Shown here: piece after piece, positions 27,539 to 35,659 of the stretch
Layout: the number at the start of each line of letters is the position of its first letter
Numbering within the stretch: position 1 is the first letter of the stretch
DNA from: Mycobacteriales bacterium
Lineage (GTDB): Bacteria; Actinomycetota; Actinomycetes; Mycobacteriales; CADCTP01
Reading direction: 5' to 3'
NCBI GenBank assembly: GCA_035995165.1
Contig: DASYKU010000112.1
Span: forward strand, 2,377-66,376
Length of the DNA: 64,000 nucleotides
The notes under the pieces: generated by a model
What the model saw: only the letters and a program-made list of their open reading frames with translations
Told to the model about the DNA's origin: nothing
Database searches by the model: none
Program-made: the position numbers and the translations under genes

Positions 27539-28486
27539 ATGAACGACGGGCGTCGGAACTCCGGTGCGCGAAGAACGAAGCCACAAGATGTGGCACGACG
27601 CCGTCGGATCGGGGCGGTGGGCGTCGTCGGAGGCGCCGCGGCGCTGTCCGTCGCCGTTGCCGGGTGCTCGATGAGCGCCGGAGCGTCGGCCCAAGCGCTC
27701 GACGCCGCGCCGCCGCCGTATACGTACCAAGGCAATTCGGTGCAGCAGTACTCGGTGCCCGACGGAGTGACCAGCCTGTCGATCACGGCCATCGGCGGGT
27801 CCGGAGGCAAGGGGGCGACCGCCTCGTCGCGGTCCAACGGCGCCCAGGTGACGGGAACCCTCGCCGTCCAGCCGAACCAACTGCTGCTCATCTCGGTCGC
27901 CGGCGAGGGCGGCAACGCCGGCAGCGACGACACCGACCCGGCCGGTGGCTGGGGCGGTCTGAACGCGAAGGGCGGCAACGGCAACGCCGCCAAGGACCAC
28001 CAGCGCACGTCCGGCGCCGGCGGCGGCGCCACCACGATCCAGCTGGCCGCCGCCGACGGCAGCAACCCGCAGACGGTGCTGGTCGCGGGCGGCGGCGGTG
28101 GCTCGGGCGCCGCGAGCGGCGACCCCATCAACGCCGGCTCCGGCGGCAGCGCGGGCTGCAACTTCCAGGGGTCGCCGTGGTGGCCGGGCGCCGACGGCAG
28201 CAACGGGAGCAGCTCGGTCCTCAAGGGCGGCAAGGGCGGTACGGCGGCAGGCGAGTCGGGCCCAGCCGGCGGGCGCGGTGACGGCGGATCCGGGTTGGGC
28301 GGCAACGGCGGTGGCGGTGGAGGCGGCGTCAACGGCGGCAACCCGGGCACCGGCGCAGCCATGACCTCAGCCGGCGGCGGCGGGGGCGGGGGAAGCTCCA
28401 CCACCTCCGGCATGGGCGACGTCAGCGTGGCGTGCGCCTCGACCAGCGGCAACGGCTCAGTCGTCATCAGCACCAACGCCAGCTGA
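27539..28486 (+). CDS. glycine-rich lipoprotein, paralogue 1 (glycine-rich-domain protein)
   Basis: ORF 27524..28486. ATG at 27539 lies 9 nt after gggag. Basic N-terminus, hydrophobic stretch and lipobox VAGC. Conserved block YTYQGNSVQQYSVPDGVTSLSITAIGGSGG, then long G-rich segments. Confidence 0.8.
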   Translation: MNDGRRNSGARRTKPQDVARRRRIGAVGVVGGAAALSVAVAGCSMSAGASAQALDAAPPPYTYQGNSVQQYSVPDGVTSLSITAIGGSGGKGATASSRSNGAQVTGTLAVQPNQLLLISVAGEGGNAGSDDTDPAGGWGGLNAKGGNGNAAKDHQRTSGAGGGATTIQLAAADGSNPQTVLVAGGGGGSGAASGDPINAGSGGSAGCNFQGSPWWPGADGSNGSSSVLKGGKGGTAAGESGPAGGRGDGGSGLGGNGGGGGGGVNGGNPGTGAAMTSAGGGGGGGSSTTSGMGDVSVACASTSGNGSVVISTNAS

Positions 28487-28549
28487 CCATCCGCCGGCGC
28501 ACCCCTTTCTCATCCGCCGGCCGAGGCCGGCTCTCGACAGGAGCTCGAC

Positions 28550-29536
28550 ATGACACAGCACGACAGCACGACAGCACGACCGGCGCCGCGCCGACGCCAC
28601 CCGGACAGGATGCGTCGCGCCGGGATCGCGGCGACGGTCTGCGGGCTGGTGGCCACGGCGCCCGCGCTGGCCGCCTGCGTGCCGGCCACGACCAGCGCCG
28701 GCGCGCGGGCCGTCGACGCGGTGGTCGGCACCACCCCGGAGCCGTTCGGATACACCGGCGCGATGGTGCGGTACCAGGTGCCCGACGGCGTCACCTCCCT
28801 CGCGATCACCGCCAGGGGCGGCTCCGGCGGGACGACCAACGAGCCGTACCTCAACGTCAAGGCCGGCGGGGCCGCGGTGACCGGGACCATCGCGGTACAG
28901 CCCGGCCAGTGGCTCCACATCTCGGTCGCGGGCGAGGGCGCGGACGCCGGCTCGTCCGACGCCGACCCGAAGGGCGGCTGGGGCGGGCTGAGCGCCGTCG
29001 GCGGCAACGGCAACGCCGCCAAGGACGACCTGCGCACCTCCGGCGCCGGCGGCGGCGCCACCACGATCCAGCTCACCGATATCAACGAGAACAACCCACA
29101 AACCATCCTCGTCGCCGGTGGCGGCGGTGGCCTGGGCGGACCGAGCGGCGACCCCGAGTTCGCAGGTGAAGGCGGCACGGCCGGCTGCACCGGCGATCCG
29201 TCCGACTCCCCGGCTCCGTCGTGGACCGGGTCAAACGGTGCCCACGGGTCGTCCATCAAGGGCGGCAAGGGCGGTGCAGCCGGCGGCCAGCCGGGGATGG
29301 CCGGCCAACGCGGCAGCGGCGGCTCCGGCCTCGGCGGCAATGGCGCCGGCGGAGGCGGCGGCGTGAACGGTGGCAACGGCGGCACGGGAGCCAGCCTGAC
29401 CTCGGCCGGCGGGGGCGGCGGAGCCGGCAGCTCGGCCACCTACGGCATGACCAACACCAGCATCTCCTGCGCGGTTGACAACGACGGCGCAGGAATCGGC
29501 AACGGTCAGGTGACCGTCACCCCCATCTCACTCTGA
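28550..29536 (+). CDS. glycine-rich lipoprotein, paralogue 2
   Basis: ORF 28550..29536 with RBS aggag. Lipobox LAAC. Collinear with paralogue 1 (FGYTGAMVRYQVPDGVTSLAITARGGSGG ... GGNGNAAKD..RTSGAGGGATTIQL ... LVAGGGGG). Confidence 0.8.
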   Translation: MTQHDSTTARPAPRRRHPDRMRRAGIAATVCGLVATAPALAACVPATTSAGARAVDAVVGTTPEPFGYTGAMVRYQVPDGVTSLAITARGGSGGTTNEPYLNVKAGGAAVTGTIAVQPGQWLHISVAGEGADAGSSDADPKGGWGGLSAVGGNGNAAKDDLRTSGAGGGATTIQLTDINENNPQTILVAGGGGGLGGPSGDPEFAGEGGTAGCTGDPSDSPAPSWTGSNGAHGSSIKGGKGGAAGGQPGMAGQRGSGGSGLGGNGAGGGGGVNGGNGGTGASLTSAGGGGGAGSSATYGMTNTSISCAVDNDGAGIGNGQVTVTPISL

Positions 29537-29556
29537 CGTCGTGCGCGAGTCCGGAC

Positions 29557-29587
29557 GTCCGCCGGTCGGCACGGCCAACCGGCGGAC
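29557..29587 (+). terminator. hairpin, perfect 10-bp stem (gtccgccggt / accggcggac)
   Basis: Begins 21 bp after the stop of glycine-rich paralogue 2. Confidence 0.55.
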
Positions 29588-30023
29588 GGTGCGCACCTTG
29601 GCAGGGGCAGGGGAAGGCTGCGGGTCTTTGCTGCCGACATGACCGTCGGCGCGGAGGTGGCGGGCGCGTTCCCTGCGGTGGATGCCGGCCTGGGTCCGGT
29701 GACGCTCGCGGTCGCCTGCGCCGAGACCGACACCGTCTCCTACCGCCTCGCCACTCCCAGCGCGGCACCACCTACCCACCGGTCACCTGCTTGCCGGACG
29801 GCGGCGTGGCCATTCCTGGAAGCTGCCGTCGGGTGAATCGGCCCGATCGGCAGCAGCCGGGTCGTCCGATGCCGCTAGTCGAGTGAACTCTCGCAGGATG
29901 AGCTGACCGCGAACGATGGTCGCCGCCGTCCCTGTGCCGGTATCGCCCGCGCGAACGCACTCATCTGCCGCGATGAGGCCGGCTCATACGGGGCGAGATT
30001 GAGGCCGGTGTGGGCACGTGCTC

Positions 30024-31295
30024 CTAGGCGATCAGCAGCGAGGGTGTCCCGTTGATCGGGCCGGGGAGCCGGGCAACGGATCGGGGTGCGTCGAGGCCGG
30101 GATGCCAGGCGAGCAGGTGGGTGTGGTCGCCGTCGTTCACGGCGACGAAAAGCCAGCTGCCGTCGTCGGCGATGACAAGGCCGGCGTCGGTTTTGGGCGC
30201 GAGTTCCAGGTTGGGCACGATGTCGAGGCGGCCGGTGTCGAGATGCAGCAGGGCGATGTCGGCCGGCGGGATGGGATGTCCGGGGTCGAATCGGGGGTCG
30301 GTGTGGGCCCGGGCGAGCTGGAACACGGCCAGCCGGCCGTCGCGGCTGACGGATCCGGCCGAGACCGGGACTCGGCCGGTGGGCAGGACGTAGCGGCTGC
30401 CTTGGTGACCGGTGCGGAGATCGATCCGGGCGATGGTGCACGAGGCGGTGGCCCGGCCCAGGGCGCAGGAACCGAGCTGGAGCAGAAGGTCGCTTCGGTC
30501 GACGGCCAGTGGTATGCCGGCGCCGAGCGTGCGTACCGGCCGGCCGGTGCTGGGGTCGAGAAGCACCACGTGCGGCATCGCGCTGACTTGATCTACCCCG
30601 GCCACGATTCCAGCGGCGGCGTCCGCTACCGGGTAGGCGCCGGAGGGCAGGGCCACCGCCCGACCACCGTTCAGTGGGCGCAACCTGACCGGGATGGTCG
30701 GCGGGGCGAACTCGTCCGGGTAGTCCACCGCCCAGACCCGGCCCGCACCGGCCAGCAGGCCATCGACCGGCGTCGCGGCAAGGGGGTGCGCCGTGCCATC
30801 GTCCAGCCGGTAGACCCGGCCGGCGACGCCGTCGCACCGGGCGGACGTCGTATAGACGACCCCAGCCGCCGACACCAGCCCGCTCACCGTGTGGGTGGCG
30901 TCGGTGGGTATTCCACGGACGGGCCGCGCCGTCCCGGTGTCGGCATCGACCAGGCGCACCCCGTACCCGCCGACCAGCAGCCGGACACCGATCCGCTCGG
31001 TCAGCGGCTGTGCGCTCAGCAGCGACCGGAACGCGGTGCTCCCGCAGGCACCGGCAGCCGACGGCCAAGGCGACGGCGGTGACAGCGACAGTGACGGTGA
31101 CGGTGACGGTGACGGTGACGATGCAGAGGCCGGGCCAGCGGCCGGTGGCCGATCGGACCCCGCTTTGCCGGCCCGATCGCCACCTGCTGCCGCCCAGCTG
31201 GCGGCCCCGAGCGCGATGACGACCCCGGCCACCAGCCAGACCCAGCGGGGCGGCCCCGAGCGACGAGACCCGCCCCCCTCGAGTACGTCGCTCAC
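30024..31295 (-). CDS. membrane-anchored hypothetical protein with beta-propeller-like ectodomain
   Basis: C-terminal 423 aa of ORF 30024..31874. GTG at 31295 is the only nearby in-frame start. One TM helix (WVWLVAGVVIALGAASWAAA), an (SP)n linker, then repetitive beta-strand-like sequence. The opposite-strand ORF 30018..31082 looks like an artefact. Confidence 0.6.
   Translation of the reverse strand: MSDVLEGGGSRRSGPPRWVWLVAGVVIALGAASWAAAGGDRAGKAGSDRPPAAGPASASSPSPSPSPSLSLSPPSPWPSAAGACGSTAFRSLLSAQPLTERIGVRLLVGGYGVRLVDADTGTARPVRGIPTDATHTVSGLVSAAGVVYTTSARCDGVAGRVYRLDDGTAHPLAATPVDGLLAGAGRVWAVDYPDEFAPPTIPVRLRPLNGGRAVALPSGAYPVADAAAGIVAGVDQVSAMPHVVLLDPSTGRPVRTLGAGIPLAVDRSDLLLQLGSCALGRATASCTIARIDLRTGHQGSRYVLPTGRVPVSAGSVSRDGRLAVFQLARAHTDPRFDPGHPIPPADIALLHLDTGRLDIVPNLELAPKTDAGLVIADDGSWLFVAVNDGDHTHLLAWHPGLDAPRSVARLPGPINGTPSLLIA
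31079..31120. repeat. hexanucleotide microsatellite (GTGACG)5 preceded by two imperfect units
   Basis: gtgaca gcgaca gtgacg x5 on the plus strand encodes SPSPSPSPSLSLSP in the minus-strand gene. Confidence 0.95.
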
Positions 31296-31465
31296 CCGGC
31301 CAACATAGCGCCGAGAATTCTTTCGGCCGATCACCGGTGACAGTCTCTCCCGCGGGCCGGCCAGCTGCGAACTCGTGCGCAGATCCCGACCGCCTGATTC
31401 GGAGGACGAGGCGACGCACACATCTGCCGCCGGTGTGTGATTGCCGGTGCTGGCGATCGCGCCGG

Positions 31466-31972
31466 TCATTCTCCGGTCTGTCCGTCGATCCGCTCGCGGA
31501 CGAGATCGGCGTGCCCGTTGTGCCGGGCGTACTCGCCGATGAGCTTCTGCAGGTTCCACCGCACGCTGTAGCCGTTGCCGCTGCCGACGGAACCCAACTC
31601 GGCGTGCTGCTCGATTCGCTCGTCGGCGGCCTGTTTCTCCCGCTCCCAGGCCGCCATCGAATCGGCCAGCATTGAGGAATCGGCGTCGATGTCCCACTCC
31701 GGGCTGCCGTCGCTGTACTCGCCCCACACGAACCGCAGCTCCGACTTCGGCCCGAGCGCCCACACCGCGTACACCCGCTCCATCTCCGTCAGGTGACGGA
31801 CCAACCCGAGCAAGGACAGCGGTGACGGTGGCGCGGACCGGGTCGCCAACTGCTCCGCGTCGAGGCCTTCGCACTTGGCCTCCAGCGCATTGCGGTGGAA
31901 CGCGAGCCAGCCCAACAGGACACTGCGCTCCTCACCGTCCGACGGCTCCGGTACCCGCGGCAGAACGCTCAT
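31466..31972 (-). CDS. DinB-family / DUF664 (mycothiol-dependent-enzyme-like) protein
   Basis: ORF 31466..32032; the start at M21 (31972) gives the usual ~168 aa. Motifs ...LLGWLAFHRNALEAKCEGLDAEQL...LSLLGLVRHLTEMER...HNGHADLVRE. Confidence 0.8.
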   Translation of the reverse strand: MSVLPRVPEPSDGEERSVLLGWLAFHRNALEAKCEGLDAEQLATRSAPPSPLSLLGLVRHLTEMERVYAVWALGPKSELRFVWGEYSDGSPEWDIDADSSMLADSMAAWEREKQAADERIEQHAELGSVGSGNGYSVRWNLQKLIGEYARHNGHADLVRERIDGQTGE

Positions 31973-32104
31973 GCCAACATCCGACCATGCCGCATTGCGC
32001 GCGGGATGCGCCGCTGTGTCGCTATCGGGCAAGGACGGGAGAATCAGGTGAGCGGCCGCCGTTGGCCGGCCGGGTCATAGAACATGAACCAGTCGCCGGC
32101 GCCC

Positions 32105-32728
32105 TTCGTCGTGACGATCCCTCGCAGCTCCCGTTGGAGAGCTGAGATCAACGCCGCCGCGTTGCACAGATCGGCGTTCGTCAAGGACACCATCCGGCCA
32201 GCATGTCAGCCGTTGCTGCGAGGTGCCGTGGGTGCATGCCGCTGGGCGGCAGGCCGTGCTCGGGCGGCGCCCGACTTCCCAAGGCGCCCGCCCGGCGCCC
32301 GGCAACTCGGTAGTCGATGGGGCGTCGGCTCCAAGCCCTGTCGGAGCAGGCCGAAGAGCTCTGCCTGGTGGCACAGCTGATCACTCCGCCCCGGACACTG
32401 TTGATGGTCTGCTTCGCGACCTGGTCTCTGGACCGGTCACCGAGCAGGTCGCCGATTGATCGGCGACGGCCTGGCAGGGACCGCCATTACGGCCGTGCCG
32501 ACCTGCTCCGCGTACAGATCCCGCGGACTCAAACGCCCGCGGTCGGCATCGGTGATCGCCCGCGGACACGCCTGCGTCCAGAACCTCCGCCGCGGCCACT
32601 ACGAACTCGCCATCGACGTCCCAGCACACCTCCGCATCGCGGCCGCCTTCACCGAGCTCGCAGCCGCGGTCTGAGCGGCGTTCTCTATCGGGCTGAGCTC
32701 GCCGCATGCGCCCGAATGCAACAGTGCC
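32105..32728 (+). mobile_element. IS6-family element, remainder of the transposase gene (multiply frameshifted) plus right inverted repeat
   Basis: Fragments across three frames: ...VVTIPRSSRW...AFVKDTIRPA (FVDETY-like) ... AGRQAVLGRR ... PVTEQVAD ... RSRGLKRPRSASVIARGHACVQNLRRGHYELAIDVPAHLRIAAAFTELAAAV. The right IR tgcaacagtgcc ends at 32728 (reverse complement GGCACTGTTGCA). Confidence 0.65.
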
Positions 32729-32765
32729 GTCCCACCCGCCTGCTTGGCGCAAAGTCTGGTGGCGC

Positions 32766-32876
32766 TGACTGTCGGCCATGGCTCCGACGATCAGCAGGGG
32801 CTCGGCTCCGGTTCGTAGGTGCTTAGTCGGGAGGCCTCCGAGTTGTCCGCCGCCCTGGACAGCGAGATCATCTGGA
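32766..32876 (-). pseudogene. 3'-terminal remnant of a moaD/thiS-like gene (last ~35 codons; diglycine and stop lost)
   Basis: The minus-strand translation ...[36 protein letters not shown] aligns with the C-terminus ...[33 protein letters not shown] of the intact gene at 56145-56462. Confidence 0.6.
32773..32812. repeat. 40-bp direct repeat, copy A (39/40 identical to 56153-56192)
   Basis: cggccatggctccgacgatcagcaGgggctcggctccggt versus ...cagcaAggg... at 56153. Flanking sequence on both sides is only loosely similar. Confidence 0.9.
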
Positions 32877-33791
32877 TCAACTGAACCGGCGGCCGGCAAA
32901 CTCGGTCAGGCCCGGGCCGGTCACCCCGGGGTCGACGGCGTGCAGTCGACCGGCCAGCGGGGCGGCCGCCCGGGCGGCCGGGTCCAGGCCGATGTGGCCG
33001 GTGGTGATGAACAGCGTGCCGCCGTCGGCGCCGCCGAAGGCGCACGACGTCACGCCGGCCACCCCCGGTACGTCGACCGTGCCGACCAGCCGGCCGTGCG
33101 GGTCGTACCGGTGCACGGCGGCGCCGCCGTGGGCGGCCACCCACACGTGGTCCTCGTCGTCCCGGCACATGCCGTCCGGCACGGCGCCGGCCAGCTCGGC
33201 GAACGGCCGGCGACCGCGGACCGCCCCGGAGTCTGGGTCGACGTCGAACTGCCAGACCACCGGGTCCGCGCTGTCGGCGTACCACATCCGGTCGGCGGCG
33301 GCGTTCCACACCAGCCCGTTGGACACCGTGACCGCGTCCAGCACCGTGGTGAGCGACAGGTCCGGGTCCAGCCGGACCAGCCGGCCGGCCCCGGTCCGCC
33401 GGGTGTCGTACGGCATGGACCCCGCCCAGAAGCGGCCCCACGGATCACAGGTGGCGTCGTTCATCCGCAGCGAGCCGTCCGGGCTGGCCGCCGCCGTTCC
33501 GGCCGCCCCGGGCAGCGGGGTCAGCGTGCCGGCCTCCTCCAGCCAGGCCAGCCCGTCGGCGGCAGCGGCCAAGTAGCCGCCGCCGGCGACCGGGGTGATC
33601 GCCCCGACCGGGCGGTCCAGCCGGACGGTGCGCAGCACCCGAAGCCCGCCCGCGCTCCAGCCGGCCCAGCGGACGGTGCCGGCGAGGATGTCGACCCAGA
33701 TCAGCTCCTGCCGGGCGACGTGCCAGCGCGGTCCCTCGCCGAGCTCGTCACACGTGTCCGACACCGGTTCTGCGGTCCAGCGGGGCATCAT
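32877..33791 (-). CDS. SMP-30 / gluconolactonase / LRE-like family protein
   Basis: ORF 32877..33839; start at MMPRW (33791). Motifs LGEGPRW, LIWVDI, NDATCDPWGRFWAGSM, SNGLVW and PDGMCRD. Confidence 0.88.
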   Translation of the reverse strand: MMPRWTAEPVSDTCDELGEGPRWHVARQELIWVDILAGTVRWAGWSAGGLRVLRTVRLDRPVGAITPVAGGGYLAAAADGLAWLEEAGTLTPLPGAAGTAAASPDGSLRMNDATCDPWGRFWAGSMPYDTRRTGAGRLVRLDPDLSLTTVLDAVTVSNGLVWNAAADRMWYADSADPVVWQFDVDPDSGAVRGRRPFAELAGAVPDGMCRDDEDHVWVAAHGGAAVHRYDPHGRLVGTVDVPGVAGVTSCAFGGADGGTLFITTGHIGLDPAARAAAPLAGRLHAVDPGVTGPGLTEFAGRRFS

Positions 33792-33881
33792 GTCCGTATC
33801 CTCCTGGCAGCTGCCGACTCCGGCCCGACCGCCCGGCACGCGGGTCCGTGGACACCGGGACCGCGTCGATCTATGTTTGTC

Positions 33882-33894
33882 GTTGACAATCTGC
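33882..33894. promoter_or_regulatory. GTTGACAATCTGC, candidate operator of the second GntR regulator
   Basis: Lies in the lactonase/GntR divergent gap, 29 bp upstream of the GntR ATG. Confidence 0.45.
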
Positions 33895-33922
33895 AGGATT
33901 GACCTCAGGAGAGCCAGCTCCG

Positions 33923-34696
33923 ATGACCAGTTCGCGGCGCTCGACGAAGAAGGACTCGGTGGCGCTCTCCCTGGCCGCGACGGAGCCGGCGACGCGCACC
34001 TCGCTGGGCGATGTGGTGGCCGAGCGGCTGCGCGAGGCCATTCTCAACGACCAGCTGTCACCGGGGCAGCACCTGCGCGAGGAGGAGATCTCCAAGACCC
34101 TCGACGTGAGCCGGGGTCCGGTGCGGGACGCCTTCCTGGTGCTGGAGCGGGAAGGGCTGATCAGCCTGTCCCGGCATCGCGGCGCCACCGTGGTCGAGCT
34201 GTCCCTGGAGGACCTCGGTGAGGTCTACAGCCTGCGCTCGGCGACCGAGGCGCTGGCGGTGCGGCTGGCGATCCGGCGCCGGCAGGCCGGTGACCTCGAC
34301 CGGCTGGAGAACAGCCTGAGTGAGTTGCAGGTCGCGATGCGCCGGAAGATCACCGAGCAGATCGCGGCCCGGCTGGACGTGAACTTCCACGACGCGATCT
34401 TCCGGGCCGCGCACCACGACCGGCTCTACAAGAGCTGGTCCAACATCCGCATGCAGGTCTACTGGTTGCTGCTGTCCCGCAACGTCGCCGGGCCGGACTG
34501 GCGGGAGAACATGGCGCAGAGCCACGCCCGGTTGCTCGACCTCATCCGGGCCGGCGACGAGAGCGAGGCCGTGGCCGCGATCGGGGATCACATCCGGTCC
34601 GCATACACCCGCATCTGGGTCGCGCTGGCCGACAACGACGGTCCGGAGACAGGCCCGTCGCAGCGGGACATCGCGGAGTCCTTCCTGCTCGACTGA
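33923..34696 (+). CDS. GntR-family transcriptional regulator (FadR/FCD subfamily), second copy
   Basis: ORF 33899..34696. Preferred start is ATG 33923, after aggagag. HTH ...LREEEISKTLDVSRGPVRDAFLVLEREGLI plus an FCD-like domain. Confidence 0.9.
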   Translation: MTSSRRSTKKDSVALSLAATEPATRTSLGDVVAERLREAILNDQLSPGQHLREEEISKTLDVSRGPVRDAFLVLEREGLISLSRHRGATVVELSLEDLGEVYSLRSATEALAVRLAIRRRQAGDLDRLENSLSELQVAMRRKITEQIAARLDVNFHDAIFRAAHHDRLYKSWSNIRMQVYWLLLSRNVAGPDWRENMAQSHARLLDLIRAGDESEAVAAIGDHIRSAYTRIWVALADNDGPETGPSQRDIAESFLLD

Positions 34697-34739
34697 CGGG
34701 CCTGCAGGGCCTTGCCCGGCACTTGTCGCGTGGCCTACT

Positions 34740-34752
34740 GTTGACAATCAAC
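34740..34752. promoter_or_regulatory. palindrome GTTGA-CAA-TCAAC, candidate operator
   Basis: gttgacaatcaac lies 26 bp upstream of the FAH-operon ATG (34778). Confidence 0.5.
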
Positions 34753-34777
34753 GAGCGATTCTCGACAAGGGGGACTC

Positions 34778-35659
34778 ATGCGGCTGGCGAGCTTCGCGCC
34801 GCCTGGCGGCGCCGCCCGGCTCGGCGTGCTGGTCACCGCCGACGGGCCGGACGCCGTGGTGGATGTGCGCCGCGTCGACCCGCGGCTGCCCGCGGACGTG
34901 CCGGCGGTGCTGGCCGGCGGCCCGGTGGTGCTGGACCAACTGCGCCGTGCCGTCGGGGCCGCCGGCGAGGACGCCCGGCACCGGGTGGCCGACGTCGAGC
35001 TGCTGGCGCCGGTGCCGCGGCCGGGCAAGATCGTCGCGGTCGGGCTGAACTACCGCGACCACGCCGAGGAGACCGGCGACGCAATCCCCGAGGCGCCGGT
35101 CGTCTTCGCCAAGTTCCCCAGCTCGGTGACCGGTCCGTACGCCGACATCGTCCACCCGGCCGACTCGACCCGGCTGGACTACGAGGGCGAGCTCGGCGTC
35201 GTCATCGGCCGGCGCTGCCGGCACGTCGAGGAGGCCGACGCCCCCGGCGTGATCGGCGGCTACCTGGTGCTCGACGACGTCAGCGCCCGGGACGTGCAGA
35301 ACCGCAACTCCCAGTGGACGCTCGGCAAGAGCTACGACACCTTCGCGCCGATCGGACCGGCCGTGGTCACCCCGGACGAGGTCGGCGATCCGCAGGCCCT
35401 GGACATCAGCACCCACGTCAACGAGGAGCCGCGGCAGAAGTCCAACACCCGCAACATGATCTTCGGCGTGTACGAGCTGGTCAGCCGGATCAGCGCGGTG
35501 TGCACGCTGGAACCCGGCGACATCATCGCCACCGGCACCCCGGGCGGCGTCGGCATCGGCTTCGACCCCGAGCGGCTGCTGGCGGTCGGCGACGTAGTCC
35601 GGGTGACCGTGCAGGGCATCGGCACGATCGCCAACCGGGTGACGGCGGCCTCCGCGTGA
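34778..35659 (+). CDS. fumarylacetoacetate hydrolase (FAH) family protein
   Basis: ORF 34778..35659 with RBS aaggggga. Motifs GLNYRDH, YEGELGVVIG, LDDVSARD and GDIIATGTPGG. Confidence 0.9.
   Translation: MRLASFAPPGGAARLGVLVTADGPDAVVDVRRVDPRLPADVPAVLAGGPVVLDQLRRAVGAAGEDARHRVADVELLAPVPRPGKIVAVGLNYRDHAEETGDAIPEAPVVFAKFPSSVTGPYADIVHPADSTRLDYEGELGVVIGRRCRHVEEADAPGVIGGYLVLDDVSARDVQNRNSQWTLGKSYDTFAPIGPAVVTPDEVGDPQALDISTHVNEEPRQKSNTRNMIFGVYELVSRISAVCTLEPGDIIATGTPGGVGIGFDPERLLAVGDVVRVTVQGIGTIANRVTAASA

Noticed and set aside
27436-29439. Proline-rich minus-strand ORFs (27436..28476 and 28510..29439) antisense to the glycine-rich genes
   Set aside because: GGN codons read as NCC on the other strand, so a Pro-rich mirror ORF is automatic. 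The plus-strand frames have RBS, signal peptide, lipobox and conserved non-glycine blocks shared by both paralogues; the minus frames have none of these.
29588-30023. Small ORFs in the 436-bp gap after the glycine-rich genes (for example 29639..29836 +)
   Set aside because: No RBS, no recognisable motifs, composition like non-coding GC-rich DNA. I cannot support a gene or an sRNA here from sequence alone.
31079-31120. Possible CRISPR or other spaced-repeat array
   Set aside because: It is a contiguous 6-nt microsatellite inside a coding region. No repeat-spacer organisation or cas genes occur anywhere in the window.
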